A stretch of 61,860 nt of DNA, the filler included, from Asterionella formosa (Eukaryota), in assembly GCA_002256025.1 (NCBI GenBank). It is 6 parts of 6 records of this genome, joined end to end, with 100 filler letters (N's around TTAATTAATTAA, not from the genome) between each part and the next. Parts side by side here need not be neighbours in the genome. Positions count along the whole stretch, not along the records: positions 1 to 10,237 come from NKIB01009725.1; positions 10,338 to 20,568 come from NKIB01009732.1; 4 more parts are not named here. The stretch is one strand, 5' to 3'. The notes beneath the pieces are model-generated. The model did no database searches. It saw nothing but the letters and a program-made list of their open reading frames with translations, and was not told where the DNA came from. Of this stretch, positions 1 through 12,364 are shown one piece after another. The position numbers were made by a program, and so were the translations under genes. Numbering within the stretch: the stretch's first letter is position 1; each line of letters opens with the position of its first letter.

Positions 1-410
1 GTACTAACCCTGACAACGAGGAACTCGTGGACGCTCTACAATATATTGCCGCCTGAATCGACTGTTTGAGATTTGGGATTCGGATGTAAGTTATAGGCAG
101 GAAATTGATGACCTTTTTTGCCATGTAAGTTTTGAATTGACTCATGCTCCAATTTGCTGCAACTCCAATAGAACTCTGGTGAGCTTGACTTGAACGAGTT
201 CACTCTAGCTATACACAAATTCTCGGCACCAAGTAAGTTGACAAGACCTTAGGAGATTCAATTGCTGCCATGTTGTGATTTGATGAGAACGCCAATCAAT
301 GTTTAGACTTTCAGGAGTTTGCCACTTCCCTCTGCCAGTTTGTCAAGTCTGCACATGTTTCTCTACATGACTTGATCGATTTCATGGTGGTAACATCCGC
401 TGTTAAGAAC
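1..410 (+). pseudogene. Degenerate EF-hand calcium-binding protein gene fragment
   Basis: Splicing a GT-AG intron at 86..171 gives RLFEIWDSD|NSGELDLNEFTLAI, a canonical EF-hand loop. A second EF-hand, FDENANQCLDFQEFA, follows after a frameshift and an in-frame TGA. Confidence 0.65.
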
Positions 411-1067
411 AGACTCTTAAGTGGAACTAGTATGTATTAAATCTCTAAACTCTTGATCCATGGATCAGCTGAAGGAACCTCCAGCCACTCTATTGAATCT
501 ATGTGGAAGATACTTCGTCGGTACTGTTAATGACAACCACTCTGTCAATGATAAATGCACAGGTATCATAGTGCACATTATCGTCGACACTGATAACATT
601 TACAACGATACGGAGTACGCTTCTTTCTGTGCTCGACAATTGCTCTTTCAAATGCGCGCGAAACGTAAGGACACAGTTCACACCCAAATAGCAATGCAAT
701 CCTTTCCATGTAAGGAGTACAGAGCAAATATACATTGATTGATAGTTGCCTGAAAGGTTACTAATGGGCGTAACATTTTGTTGTACATGCCAGCCTTCCG
801 AGTAGTTGGAATCTAAAGTTATCACGTCTGAACTAATTGGCAGAAATGGCGAAATACTAAAAGTTAAACCGTAAAATATACAAATATACAACATATCTAT
901 ATTATTGTTAAGGGGGAGCCTGGGACACAACAATATAAAAGGGCTGCACGAGACCGGTGGATTTGAAGCATGGATCACCTCCAAAAAAAGTCTCCAAACG
1001 GCTATTTTCTTGGTCATCGAAGGAGGGGGATGGAACTGGGAGCTAGGAAATGCCATATCACTAGCAT

Positions 1068-1937
1068 TCACTTCTGAACTTTCGCAGATACATTTTTAAT
1101 CTTTTCAGTATCGGAGCTTGCAGAGACTCCAAGGAGGCTTCTGCTAAGCTCCGATGGGAACACCAAGTCGCCCTCACACTGCCTGGTTTCACTATCATGT
1201 TTTCCCCATGGATTTCGATGTCGCTTCACTACAGGCACCACATCATCACCCACTGTGTCATCTGGATTCATCGCCACTTTCTTGGAAAATCTCTTGGAAA
1301 TCATATGAACAAGCTTAATCCTAATTTTGACAAAATTTTGCATGTGACTCTTACGCGCCTTGGTGCCACTCATAGGTAAGGCTGATATGATCTCATTCGT
1401 ATCCTGCTTCTCGTCAGCATTCTTGGTATTCTTGTCAGAGGAAAATCCCCCGTCAGGCTGGATAGCAGCAATCGTCAAAGCACTTGATTCATCAGTGGTG
1501 GAATCTTTGGGCAACTGATCTGCAGCTTCGATGCCAGACGCACTAGCTGAGAGAGCAACAACAGATTGATCGTCACTCTGCACATCAGTATTGTGGGAAC
1601 TGTTTGAGATTCTACCAGTGGTACTATCGATAGCTGCATTGCAGAACAAGCTTGTGCTCAGGTTGGAGAGGAAATCATCGCGAGGCTGAGCATCGGCAAC
1701 CGGGGAACAGGCCCTTGAACTGGGAGCAGTGGACACATTTTGAGAAAACCCATCATCGTCATCCACATCGCCAAACCTGTTAGACCAAATCTGAACCTTT
1801 ATGCCGCACATTGCATCCTCGTGGAGATACTTGTTGCTGATATGAGAGAGAGAAGGAGCGTCTCTTTCACCATCTCCTTGCTGGTCCCTTTCCTTCACAA
1901 GCGGTACTTCTACCTTTCTGCTCGCCTTCCCAAACAT
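1068..1937 (-). CDS. Hypothetical low-complexity (Ser/Asp-rich) protein, 289 aa
   Basis: Long ATG-initiated ORF with coding-like composition and no recognisable domain. Confidence 0.5.
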   Translation of the reverse strand: MFGKASRKVEVPLVKERDQQGDGERDAPSLSHISNKYLHEDAMCGIKVQIWSNRFGDVDDDDGFSQNVSTAPSSRACSPVADAQPRDDFLSNLSTSLFCNAAIDSTTGRISNSSHNTDVQSDDQSVVALSASASGIEAADQLPKDSTTDESSALTIAAIQPDGGFSSDKNTKNADEKQDTNEIISALPMSGTKARKSHMQNFVKIRIKLVHMISKRFSKKVAMNPDDTVGDDVVPVVKRHRNPWGKHDSETRQCEGDLVFPSELSRSLLGVSASSDTEKIKNVSAKVQK

Positions 1938-2869
1938 TCTCTTGATTGCAATCTTCGTCGGAGTCAGAAACGTTTAAGTCCTGAAGACGAACAGAATACA
2001 CACAGTGAGTGAATCGCTTCAGCAACTTATCTCAAATCCAATGTGAACCTACACTTTGTTTCGTAATCATCAACGAGTGTCAGGGGATATGCAACTTTTA
2101 TAAAGCAATATCCCTACCGGTATTGCTTTGATATGTGTCTGAAAATTTTACATGCATACATCATGTGTAATACTTTTAGCTAAATTTTAGCGAAATATCA
2201 GTGATGTTTTGGTGTACAGATGTGTCATGTTGACTAGAATTGCTCCCGAGTATCTAAGAAAAAATACCGGTAGGCACCGCCCCTGGTATCACTCGGCGCA
2301 TCATGTCGTTGTTTCTGGTTATGTGCGACCACAAGAAGGAACGCGCTTCCTCAACGGATGAACGACTGAACAAAAAAAACGGATGCTGTCGGTTAAATTT
2401 GTATCAAATATATATACTACAGAAATCTATGAATGTTAAATCACCTCCATGGCATGAACGAATATGGTAGAATTTGATTCAACTGTGTCCCGGAAAAGCA
2501 GTCCTGTTCAATTAAAACTATTCGGACCTGAACATTTAACATTTGGATGCACATGCAATTGTACCGTGCAACAAAAGCAAATACAGAAACATCAATTGAA
2601 GTATCACAACACATCATTGAGGCAAGGGCTGATGGTTGTGGTTGTTTTTACAACCAAGTTTCGTCTGCAAATAGAAAACATCTAATTCGTGTGATGCATC
2701 TTATAATGGCGATCATATGATCATATAAATTCGATTTATCATCTAATATGAATAATAATTATTGTCATAGAGAATTTTGTATTCATATTTATATCGATAC
2801 ATGCATTTTTGTATGTTTACCATCACTGGCTGCAAACATCAACAACTGCTCAATCTGAATTTGAATAAA

Positions 2870-4695
2870 TGTGAGGGTGGCAAAAGTGGCGCGTTCAATG
2901 TCCGCAATGGGGCAGGTGAGGATGGTGAGGCGGCGAGCGCCAATCCACATTTGAATGTCCTGGAGACGAAACAATGAACAGGTGTTGAGGAGTGGGGAGG
3001 GCAGGCCACAGTAATCACCCGGGTGCCTGAGAAAATAGTAAGCTAATATGGCCATGTCCATAGTGGCCTGATCCCAGGCGAGGGGGGCTGCGGCGTGCAA
3101 TGTGCAGGGTATGGAGGAGAAGCTGGAGAGGGATGGGTTGGGGGCGGGTCGTGTTTTGCATACCCGTGTTCTTGTTGGCGTTGAAGGCGGAAATCAATGT
3201 GGCCAAATGCGTTCAACCGGGGGTCTGGGGACCCCAGGCTAGCCAACGTCTGCCTGGCTGATATGGCGTACGGCAGCCTCCACTGCCAGAGCCCGGACAG
3301 GTTTACTGCTGGGGGCAAGGCGACCGGTGCGGTAGCAATGAGCGAAGACTTGGAGGATGGGGATGGGATCTGGGTAGGGGGCAAGGCTGGTGTCGATGTC
3401 GTGTTGGGTGCAGAAGGATGCCCAGATGGCCCAGGCATTTTCAGTGGTGGTGGCGCGGTGTGAAGAGACGCCAGCAGGTGTCGTTTCTTTGACAGCGCGC
3501 AGATCAAGGCAGAATTCATGTCTGGATTCAGGAGGCATAGTGTCCAAGAGGCGGGCTGGGGGTAGGTGGTAGAGAAATGGGTGAGGAGAGCATCGTCGGA
3601 GAGGTGCCACAGGCGGCTAGCATCATCGGCCATAACATTTGCGGGGCCAGGGATATAGTGAATACGTTGGACATAACGATGGTGTCGCTGATGCAGGGCC
3701 GAAAGGCGGAGGAGGTATGCACGGGTGGCAGCAGTGGTGGTGGAACCGTTTTGCTGCCATGCAACAGCCGCAGTGTTGTCCGAACCACTGGCCGTAGTGA
3801 GTTCGGCAACGGGGTGGTGCTGGGCGAGGACGTCCTGGTGGGCAATGGTGGCAAGGAGCTCAAGGTCACTGTTTGTGATGGTGCCATTTGGGTTGGCATC
3901 CGAGACCAGGGCAGCAGCCACCACCTCCACGGGGAAGGGAGCCCGCCAGAGGAGGAGGGGGGCTGGTTGTTGGTCGGGAACCAGACCCCGCCCATGCCAG
4001 CCGCGGAGGCGTCGGAGGCCCCAACGTAGGCAGGGTGGGAGGGAACCAGTTCGCGGAGGCGGGTGGGGTGTGAGGTAAGGCTGGCAGGCAGCGAGGTGCT
4101 GGAAGTCTAGTACAAAGTCTTTGATGGCCTGGGTCACTCGGATGCGGTTGGTGGAGGTAGTGGCCAGGGCGTGTTGTAAGAGGCTGAAGAGCCCCCGGCT
4201 GCCCGGGAGGGCTGGGAACATGCTTCGGAGTTCGCCCAGGATTTGTTGCGAGCGCTTCCTGCTGAGGCGGTGGGCTTGGAGGACACTGGCAAGGAGGCTG
4301 TGGAGTTTGGCGAGGCGAGCGATGTGGGGGTAATGTAAGGGTGTGGGCAACACTGTCGATATTCCACCCCACCAGTATAGCTTTTTTTGTTGTCCAACAA
4401 CCATCTCCCTGCATGAGTTTTTTGACTGAGATGGGTTCTTTGCGAGCCGGATTGTCGCTGGGGTGGAGGGGTTGCAGGACCTGGTCGATGGAGTGGAGAA
4501 GGTGACCCCGGACCCGGTGCTGGTTGCTTGTGTCTGGTTTGACGAGCCAACCCAATGAAGTCATCAACGAACACATCGACGGATGCAACCGGTGGTTTGC
4601 GATAGGTAACCGGTTGGGTGGAGCGCCATGTGCGAAGAGGGAGGGTGGATGGGGCAGGGTGTGGTGGGGGACTTGTGTTGGCAGCAAGGTCAAAT
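2870..4695 (-). mobile_element. DIRS/Ngaro-type tyrosine-recombinase retrotransposon, internal fragment (RT, RNase H, YR N-terminus), frameshifted
   Basis: Sharp GC-rich island. RT motifs VDVFVDDFIGLA and KEPISVKKLMQGDGCW. RNase H motifs GMGGVWF, TITNSDLELLA, SDNTAAVAWQ and YIPGPANVMADDASR. An overlapping frame encodes a YR N-terminal domain (AWAIWASFC...PIPILQVFAHCYRTG, DPRLNAFGHIDFRLQRQ, AYYFLRHPGDYC). Confidence 0.85.
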
Positions 4696-5864
4696 TGGCT
4701 TACGAATGGCAAAATTTCATGGAATGAAACATTACCCTCATCTGATTAGGAAGTTCGGATCTCCTCTTAATTTCTTTGGTGAAAATTTGGAGTCTTTTTT
4801 GAAAGACAAATTGAAACAACCCAGTAAGCGTGTCAATGGACAATTTCATCAATTAAAGCATGACATTTTAACAAGGTCGTATGAAACAAGGCAGTTTGCA
4901 TTGGCACGAAAAATTGTTTTTGTAAGTGATTCATTACATACAGAAAACAAACAAAAGAAGATGAGTAAAGTATACATCAATGTAACTGAGGGTATTTCAA
5001 CACAAATTGATTTCGAAGGAATGATTCCGGATACAATGATGTTGCCTAGTAGGTCGCCTGAAAATTTTGGAATATCGCCTACCAAAATCCATTCACCAGC
5101 CCTTCCTGTTAAAGTTCAATTTTCTGCTTCATCATCAAATGGTCTATGGACTATAGCAGGTGTCCCTAATAAGATTGGGCATGTATCACGGAGTAAGGAT
5201 GCGCACCCTCGTCTCAATTGGTTCATCCTGATTTACCGAAGGGGGCCAACTACGTAAAGAGCATTGCGAATTCAGCAATAGAAATAGCAAAAATCAAAGT
5301 CTTGAAGATGGGATTGGGCCTGTTTCCATTGTAAGGATTGACTTTTATTATCATGTTAAAATTGAAATTAATGTTCCCGGCCAAACTACTATTTTCAGAT
5401 GCCATCCGAAATGGAATGATGATTCAAAGGCAGGAATCTCTGGTCGTGAATGGTTTGACTGGGTCGAAGTGAACTGGGAGAAGGGAGATGGATCAAGTTT
5501 CTACACAGTTCCTGCAAAACTACTTCTTTGGGGAAATGTTATCTTCTCCAACTCAACAACCATTCTCTTACCGTGTATTCGTTCCTTGAAAAGTTCAACT
5601 GAAATGAAAATTCATAAACGTATGTTTTTTGCAAGAGGAGACACCTTATGCAATGATACAACTGAATTGAGCGTTGTTGAATTTCATAACATACTTTCGG
5701 CAGCATTTGTTGTTCCTGCTTTGAAACCACAGGAATCAAGGAAATCTCTGAAACCGCAAGAAGTTTTGGAACAGATACGGAAAGATAATTTTTATGTTGC
5801 CATGCCTCCACATAATTTATGGAATTCAATCGGGTGGGACCAAAAACTAACAAGCGAACGTTGA
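4695..5864 (+). mobile_element. Plavaka/CACTA-like DNA transposase, C-terminal half, frameshifted
   Basis: KFHGMKHYPHLIRKFGSPLNF...E...K..LKQPSKR motif, followed by IFRCHPKW...REWFDWVEVNW...VPAKLL, as seen in Plavaka-type transposase C-termini. Confidence 0.7.
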
Positions 5865-5982
5865 TAAATATATAAGAATAATATAAATGATAATGGTAAC
5901 AATATAGTTTCGCATACTAAATTGGTTATTATGAGGTTTTCACAAACTACAATTTCCTAAGAAATGATTATCCAATGGTCCA

Positions 5983-6844
5983 TTATTTGCTCTTTTTCAC
6001 TCCCAAAAAAACTAAGATGGTCCTTCTCGTTTCGTCCGAAACTTTGCTTCTCCACTTTTCAATTGCAGTTCGATATGAGTCTGCAAACTTCTTCAATTTG
6101 ATTCCAGAAGGGCTATCATCAGATACAAAATTTTCTTTCAACTTTTTGTCAATTTTGATGCATCCAGAAATTTGGCCAAGAGGTGCATGATTATACCATT
6201 TGAAGGGAGCAAGTTTGTCATTACTTTGTTGTATCATGGATTTTACGAAGACAACTTCATCCTTCTTGAAAGAAGAGTTGCAAGGAACTCGTCCAAATAT
6301 TCAACATTTTTAAATCTAAATAGGATGATGTCAAAATTTTGTCGATACAAAATTGAAGAACAGTTGTATTGAACTGAAACATATCCTCACGAGAATTTGT
6401 CGTTGTCACTTGAGGCCAAACTGTTCCAAGATGAAAGTATGTTGACTTGGTTGGTGGGTCAGATGTAATGGATAAGAAATCGTCTGTTCGATCTGTTGCT
6501 ACCACCTAACTTTTTAAAACTTTCCAGGACTCAGTCTCCAAACGGAAATGTGCCCGTTTGCCAAGAAATTTGGTTTTGCCATTCCTTTCTAATTGCAATA
6601 GAGTTTCAGAAACTTTCACAATTGTAAAAGGTCCACATGACCATCCACTGTCATCTTCTGGTTGAAATAACATGGAATCATGTTCAGTGGCCTTACTGAT
6701 CTGCAATGGTGCTTTGGTGCCAGTATAGAAAGATTCCGAGAACCCAATTTCTTCAGGTATATGGAATTCTTGTGGAAGATATCCTTTATCGGTGCATAAC
6801 AATCGTCTGCAAATAAAAACCATCATATTTCCATGATGCATCAT
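5983..6844 (-). pseudogene. Interrupted hypothetical gene convergent with the transposase, possibly an element accessory gene
   Basis: ORFs 6506..6844 and 6257..6505 share a frame and are separated by one TAG. ORF 5983..6237 follows in another frame. No recognised domain. Confidence 0.35.
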
Positions 6845-7549
6845 AGGATTATGATCATCTGATCATAATTTTTCGTTATATCATCTAATAATTGTGATAA
6901 ATGCCCTCGTAATTTAAATAGTAACCCTTTTGACTATGGAAATTTAATTATTATATGTATTGTTTCTTTCAGGTTCCTTTATTTAAATTTCTTGGTAGGA
7001 GAATGTACCAGTGAAAGTTATGTGGTTTGGCTCATCATCCTCTCCAGTCCTCACTCTGATTCTTGCAATAACGACAAAGAAGCCATGTCGAGAGGAACGA
7101 ATATTTGTGATAAAATCGTCATTTGTCGTTCAAGTCATCATATGTCTTCGATGAATCATCATCTACAATGCACAGTTTGTTCGTACTATGCAATCCGTTA
7201 AGAGGTTGAAAAGAAATCCAATGAAAACGAAATGGCTCATCACACAAGACGAATATTTCCGGTTTGTCACCAGAGCATCGGTCAGTGTTACAACCTCAAT
7301 CATAGCTAGTAAACAACATCAATTATAGAACAGCACAATCTACTTCTCTGCAACATCGTCTCTCTAACAAGAACGTAATACATCTACAATTGAAACGCAG
7401 CATAGCACGCGATATGCGCAAAGAAGCATTAGACTGTGCCGTCTATTTATAGTAGCTAACAGAGTGATTCTGGTTTCGTAATTTTCATGTCTCATTAGAT
7501 TTTCTTTGTCATCATACTAGTTCCTTTTCTTTGAAGACAGGAGCGTATT

Positions 7550-8700
7550 CTTTGATGTATCTGGAACATTTCAATGGATGGCAGCAGTTGGATTTAGACA
7601 CAAACCTCGAGAAAAGCACTAGTACCTTGTCAATGTTCATGAAAAGCGAGACACTTTGCTTGGCCTATCGCCCACCAGCCAGTCTATAATGCAAAAATGC
7701 AAGAAGCACAAGTTGAATGCCCATTTATGGATTCAAGTTTCAGTAGTGCAACAATGTAAAATATTAGAAACCGGAAGTCACATTTCATCTAATTACGGTT
7801 TTTATTAGCTATACTAGTATTGATTGAGAGGAAGCAATGGTAGAATGGCTGCCAAACGGGCGGGGGCAAACACAGAGAATCCTACTAATTTTTCTTCCCA
7901 ATGATCCCAGTCCCTTCTTGAATGTCACTTGCTACAGAAAATGTAGAACAGCCGCCATGATCTGTTGATTGTTGCTTTATGGTGCCACTGACCGAGACCT
8001 CCAGAAATCTCAATGAGTTGCTTGTTTCTTGATTTGAATGGTGCAAGAGGGATCGAAACCAGTGGAAAAATCAAAACAAGGGAACTAAAAATGCTCTGCA
8101 AACATCATCAGGACAATTGTGAAAGAGAAATGAAGGTTCTTGGGAGGAGAAGTAAAGGGATAATTGCTTCTGTTGGTCTTTCGGGAACAAGAATGGATTG
8201 AACCAAACAATGTTGACAAATAGATACCTACCGGAAAAGGAAGCAATGCTTTCAGCATCATCAATCTATACACAAGCCTGCGCCACCGTCAGTATAGCTA
8301 CCTCGACTTCATCAATGAAGAAGTCAATGGGTGGCTGGAGCATGTGAGGAAAATCGGGCTTGAGGTTTTCTTGACGCGAACGTGGACCTGCTTGGCTGAA
8401 CTCCTTGCAGATGAAGGCATTGAGTAACCTGGGCCTGTGAAGCCGAAGGATAAAGAAAAATATACGACAAGGGTGGAGAGATAGTATTTAGGAGGGGGGA
8501 GTAAAAGATATCATAGCTGAACGCATTCGAAACTTGTATAGACAATAAATGGTGACATGCCATGGCTGCTCTTGGCTGACAGCTGCCAAGTCAAGTACAA
8601 ACACAACGAGCAAGGGTGCACAAAAGACAGTCCATGACTGGCTGATAATTAGTTGTGAGACTCACCATTCTCCAATGGGGTGGACTTTGATCATTGCTTT
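7550..8700 (+). mobile_element. Highly decayed IS630/Tc1-mariner-like DDE transposase
   Basis: Collinear remnants across stops and frameshifts: WMAAVGFRHKPREKH*YLVNVHEKRDTL/AYRP, LVFREQEWIE, TSLRH...DFINEE, AELLADEGIE, ERIRNL and ETHH...DFDHCF. These resemble the YYVDGHE, WERGWI, HAELAGEGIEY and THR...DFD motifs of this family. Confidence 0.65.
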
Positions 8701-8930
8701 TTTCAAAGCACAATCAATTCGAATGCTGTCCAGTGAAACAGCCAATGAAAACAATTGTGGCGAAAAAGCGCAGAACAGATCAAGAGCGAGATTTCATAGG
8801 AATTAAAATAACAGGGCATATATGATGCACTGCTCCTTGTGTAGACTAGCTATATTTGTTGATCATTTCCATATTTCATACTATACAGGTGCATGGATGA
8901 GTCCTCCCGCCCTTTCATTAGATATGCAGC

Positions 8931-9100
8931 CATGTTGCGATAATTCTACAGGACCTATAGGATTGGTAGTCTGGTGGTCATCATTTACGCATTGTATATA
9001 CCAGTAGGACTCATGTATGCATGCATGCTGCGATAATTCTTACAAGACATAAAAATTTGGTAGCTTGGGGGTTATCACTTCCGTACTGTATACAGGGGGA
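8931..9100. repeat. Degenerate tandem duplication, period about 93 bp
   Basis: catgttgcgataattctacaggac at 8931 matches catgctgcgataattcttacaagac at about 9024, with similar downstream sequence. Confidence 0.55.
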
Positions 9101-10237
9101 GGAAGGGGTTGCATGCATGAGCAACTACTCCGGTATAAACTATGATCTTTAATCAATGAATTTAGATTTGTTTATCCTATAACTTTGATCATAACATATT
9201 GATCAAATGATAAACGGTGTCGTTGATGAGAAAATGAACAATCAACATTTATTTTCAAGAATCAGGATCAATCGATCTTTAAAATATGATCAAATGATCC
9301 TCAACACATGAGCACATTCAGTTTTCTGATGCACTATTGTGGCGTTTCCATGATATAAAATAAATCCCAGCAAGTATACATTCCTACCGGTAGGCCATAT
9401 GAATTTTGGTCAATATGTCTATACACATAAATGTATGATTTCGACCATTTGAAAAATTGGTGACGACTCCCCTTTATTAAGGGGCTAAATTAAATCAGCC
9501 ACTGACTTGTAGGTACAAGAATTGACACAAAACAAATTGAAAAAATTCAACAGGTCGTGGATAACTATGAAGTCATCATGCATTGTATATATTTGAATTA
9601 TGTATGATCAAAATTGATGAAAGTATACACAGGATGTGCCGTATCATGAGGGTGTTTCAAACTATGCAAATGTTCAACTATATATACATTTAAACTTCTT
9701 ACAAATCTTTATATATATGTATTCATGGCTGAAACATTTGAAATCATGTTTTCATGTGGTTCCTTGTCATGCATACACTTTGCTCCTGAATTGAAGGATT
9801 AACACAGATGATGACGCGGAAAACGAAAGTGATAATAAAGCACAATGAGCGATACTTGCGGCTTAGAAGAGAAGGGCGGAATCAATTGATGGTAAGTCAA
9901 GAGCGAATGCCTTTCGTGTTCCTTGTCATGCTGCATCCACTTCCTGAAATGAAGGATTTCAAGCAACGAAAAACTGAAGTGACAATACACCATGCGGCTA
10001 AGAAGGAGTGAATATGATGGGCGGAGAAGGGCGGAATCAACAAGCTGTGCATAGCATCACAGCATGTCAAGAGCATATCCCGGATGATCAATTGCTGGGA
10101 TTACAAATACGGAATGACTCGTCCCCTTTCAGTGATTCAATAGCTCCTTTTCGATTTGGTGACTGGTGGCCAACCATAAATGGTTGTGGACAAAAGAAAT
10201 CGGTAAGTGCTGCCTATCAGCCATCTTTGGATCAATC

Positions 10238-10337
10238 NNNNNNNNNNNNNNNNNNNNNNNNNNNNNNNNNNNNNNNNNNNNTTAATTAATTAANNNNNNN
10301 NNNNNNNNNNNNNNNNNNNNNNNNNNNNNNNNNNNNN
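10238..10337. other. Artificial scaffold linker (N-run, TTAATTAATTAA, N-run)
   Basis: The same 100-nt linker recurs at 20569..20668, 30899..30998, 41222..41321 and 51542..51641. Confidence 0.97.
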
Positions 10338-10544
10338 TGAAAGTTATATCTATGATTATTTTTCTATTGTATACTAGTTCGAACTACGATTTCTTACTAG
10401 ACCTCAAAGGCACAACGACTCATTTGCCATCTTGATGGATAAATTCGAGATAAACACCATGGTCAACGCATTGATGACAAGGTGTTTTCAAGTCTCCAAG
10501 TATCATACATGTATACCGTTAGTCCCTGTTAAAGAAAGTAGTAA

Positions 10545-10792
10545 TTATGTACTGGTTTTTATATGCCTATACAAACGCTATACATACATATTGCTACTAT
10601 TCAGATAAATTGATATGTTCGTTGCTGGCCTGTCACGGTTAACAACCCTTGTTACACCATGATACACTGTGATACAATTTCATGTTCGGAATGGATGAAA
10701 TTCAGCTCAAATCGAGTTACTGTTGCAGATACATTTTCAAAAAAAATTCAAATGAAGTGATACACAATGAAAAATGATAAGAACGGCCCTAA
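10545..10792. mobile_element. MITE-like dispersed repeat, copy 1
   Basis: Reverse-complement homology to 22733..22985 (core cactgtgatacaat...ggaatggatgaaattcag.tcaaatcga.ttactgttgc.gatacattttcaa...ttcaaatgaagtgata). It ends in aaaatgataagaacggcccta. Confidence 0.7.
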
Positions 10793-10864
10793 AGCTGTAC
10801 TATTCTATTTCTAGTCGAAAATCAATCAAATTAAATTGCCATTGAAGTTACAATGTAAAAGAGT

Positions 10865-11113
10865 TAAAAAAAATCAATCAAATCTTATAGTATGTTCAAG
10901 CTATCCAATAATTGCACTCGTGCCCAAATAAATGAATAAATTGACACAATTAGTACCCGTTGTAGTATTCGTCTGTAAGGTACAACGGGACCTGTCCTTT
11001 CGTCAGCCGCACCCCCCGGAACCCTTAGGACTACATGAAAACGACATGTGGAGAATGCAGGAATCGAACCTGCCACCGCAACATGTGTGCTAACCACTAA
11101 GCCACCATTCCCC
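10865..11113 (-). mobile_element. Complete tRNA-derived SINE (about 249 bp) with target-site duplication
   Basis: The minus strand begins GGGGAATGGTGGCTTAGTGGTTAGC (A box)...GCAGGTTCGATTCCTGC (B box, T-arm) ATTCTCCA and ends in a GATTTGATTGATTTTTTTT tail. It is flanked by 20-bp direct repeats at 10845..10864 and 11114..11133 (1 mismatch). A second copy lies at 32682. Confidence 0.85.
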
Positions 11114-11999
11114 AAGTTAAAATGTAAAAGAGTAGTATTATGCTAACAATGTATTTCTAAATGAATTCGTATATGTGATTATGATCATTATGCTTAGTGT
11201 TGGTTCATTGTAGTGAGACTTCCAGTACCATTGTCACTTCGGCGCTTTCATGCCTACTGTTTGTTGCTGGCTTGTTTTTGTGTACTGGAAGCAGTCGTGT
11301 TTTTAATTTCATAGACGTCGTTCATTGCTGTTGTGGCGCTTGTTTTATGATAGCATTTGATACTTTGGGTGACATTTCCATTGTGGCACTTGTTGGTTGT
11401 TAGATAAAGTGGTTGCTTTCACCCTATTGATTGGTTATTATTGTTGTTTTCCAATAGCTGCATTCAAATACAGACAACTCTTCAATTCATTTTTGNNNNN
11501 NNNNNNNNNNNNNNNNNNNNNNNNNNNNNNNNNNNNNNNNNNNNNNNNNNNNNNNNNNNNNNNNNNNNNNNNNNNNNNNNNNNNNNNNNNNNNNNNNNNN
11601 NNNNNNNNNNNNNNNNNNNNNNNNNNNNNNNNNNNNNNNNNNNNNNNNNNNNNNNNNNNNNNNNNNNNNNNNNNNNNNNNNNNNNNNNNNNNNNNNNNNN
11701 NNNNNNNNNNNNNNNNNNNNNNNNNNNNNNNNNNNNNNNNNNNNNNNNNNNNNNNNNNNNNNNNNNNNNNNNNNNNNNNNNNNNNNNNNNNNNNNNNNNN
11801 NNNNNNNNNNNNNNNNNNNNNNNNNNNNNNNNNNNNNNNNNNNNNNNNNNNNNNNNNNNNNNNNNNNNNNNNNNNNNNNNNNNNNNNNNNNNNNNNNNNN
11901 NNNNNNNNNNNNNNNNNNNNNNNNNNNNNNNNNNNNNNNNNNNNNNNNNNNNNNNNNNNNNNNNNNNNNNNNNNNNNNNNNNNNNNNNNGAAATCGATT

Positions 12000-12170
12000 T
12001 CGAATCAACCCCCATTTCCTTACCCTCGCTTGATCACAGCAACAAAACGATATTGATTTAGCTGTAAAAAACATCAGTGTGAAGAAATTAGAATTCTTTT
12101 TACCCGCAAAACCAATTGCCCTTTTAGTGGAATCGAGTTTGAAGCACAGCATCATGCTCATGGATATAAG
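12000..12170. repeat. Dispersed repeat shared with 33476..33640
   Basis: Shared core atttagct...aagaaattagaattctttttacc...aattgcccttttagt...agttt.aagcac on two different scaffolds. Confidence 0.75.
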
Positions 12171-12364
12171 TTGTACTACATACTGTACATACTCTATTTA
12201 CATGATAAAATAAATACGACCCGATTATTAGCAGTGTGTGGGCGATGATCTTGCAATGATGACATAGCAATGATCGCGCACGTTTGGTTATGACAGTATG
12301 CAAGGCAACACCAACAAATGACAAGTGATCTAGACCTTACATGCCTGCACTTAATTGAATAGCA

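Noticed and set aside
10282..10293. TTAATTAATTAA palindrome recurring about every 10.3 kb
   Set aside because: Assembly linker embedded in Ns, not biological.
10980..11010. Hammerhead ribozyme (CTGACGA followed by a short hairpin on the minus strand)
   Set aside because: The required GAAA after stem II is absent, and the core is not kept in the second copy.
11049..11113. Functional tRNA gene
   Set aside because: The anticodon arm is too short or unpaired, and the sequence is embedded in a TSD-flanked repeated element, so it is better explained as a SINE head.
11397..12161. Long ORFs across N-runs (also 28209..28949)
   Set aside because: Artefacts of translating assembly gaps.
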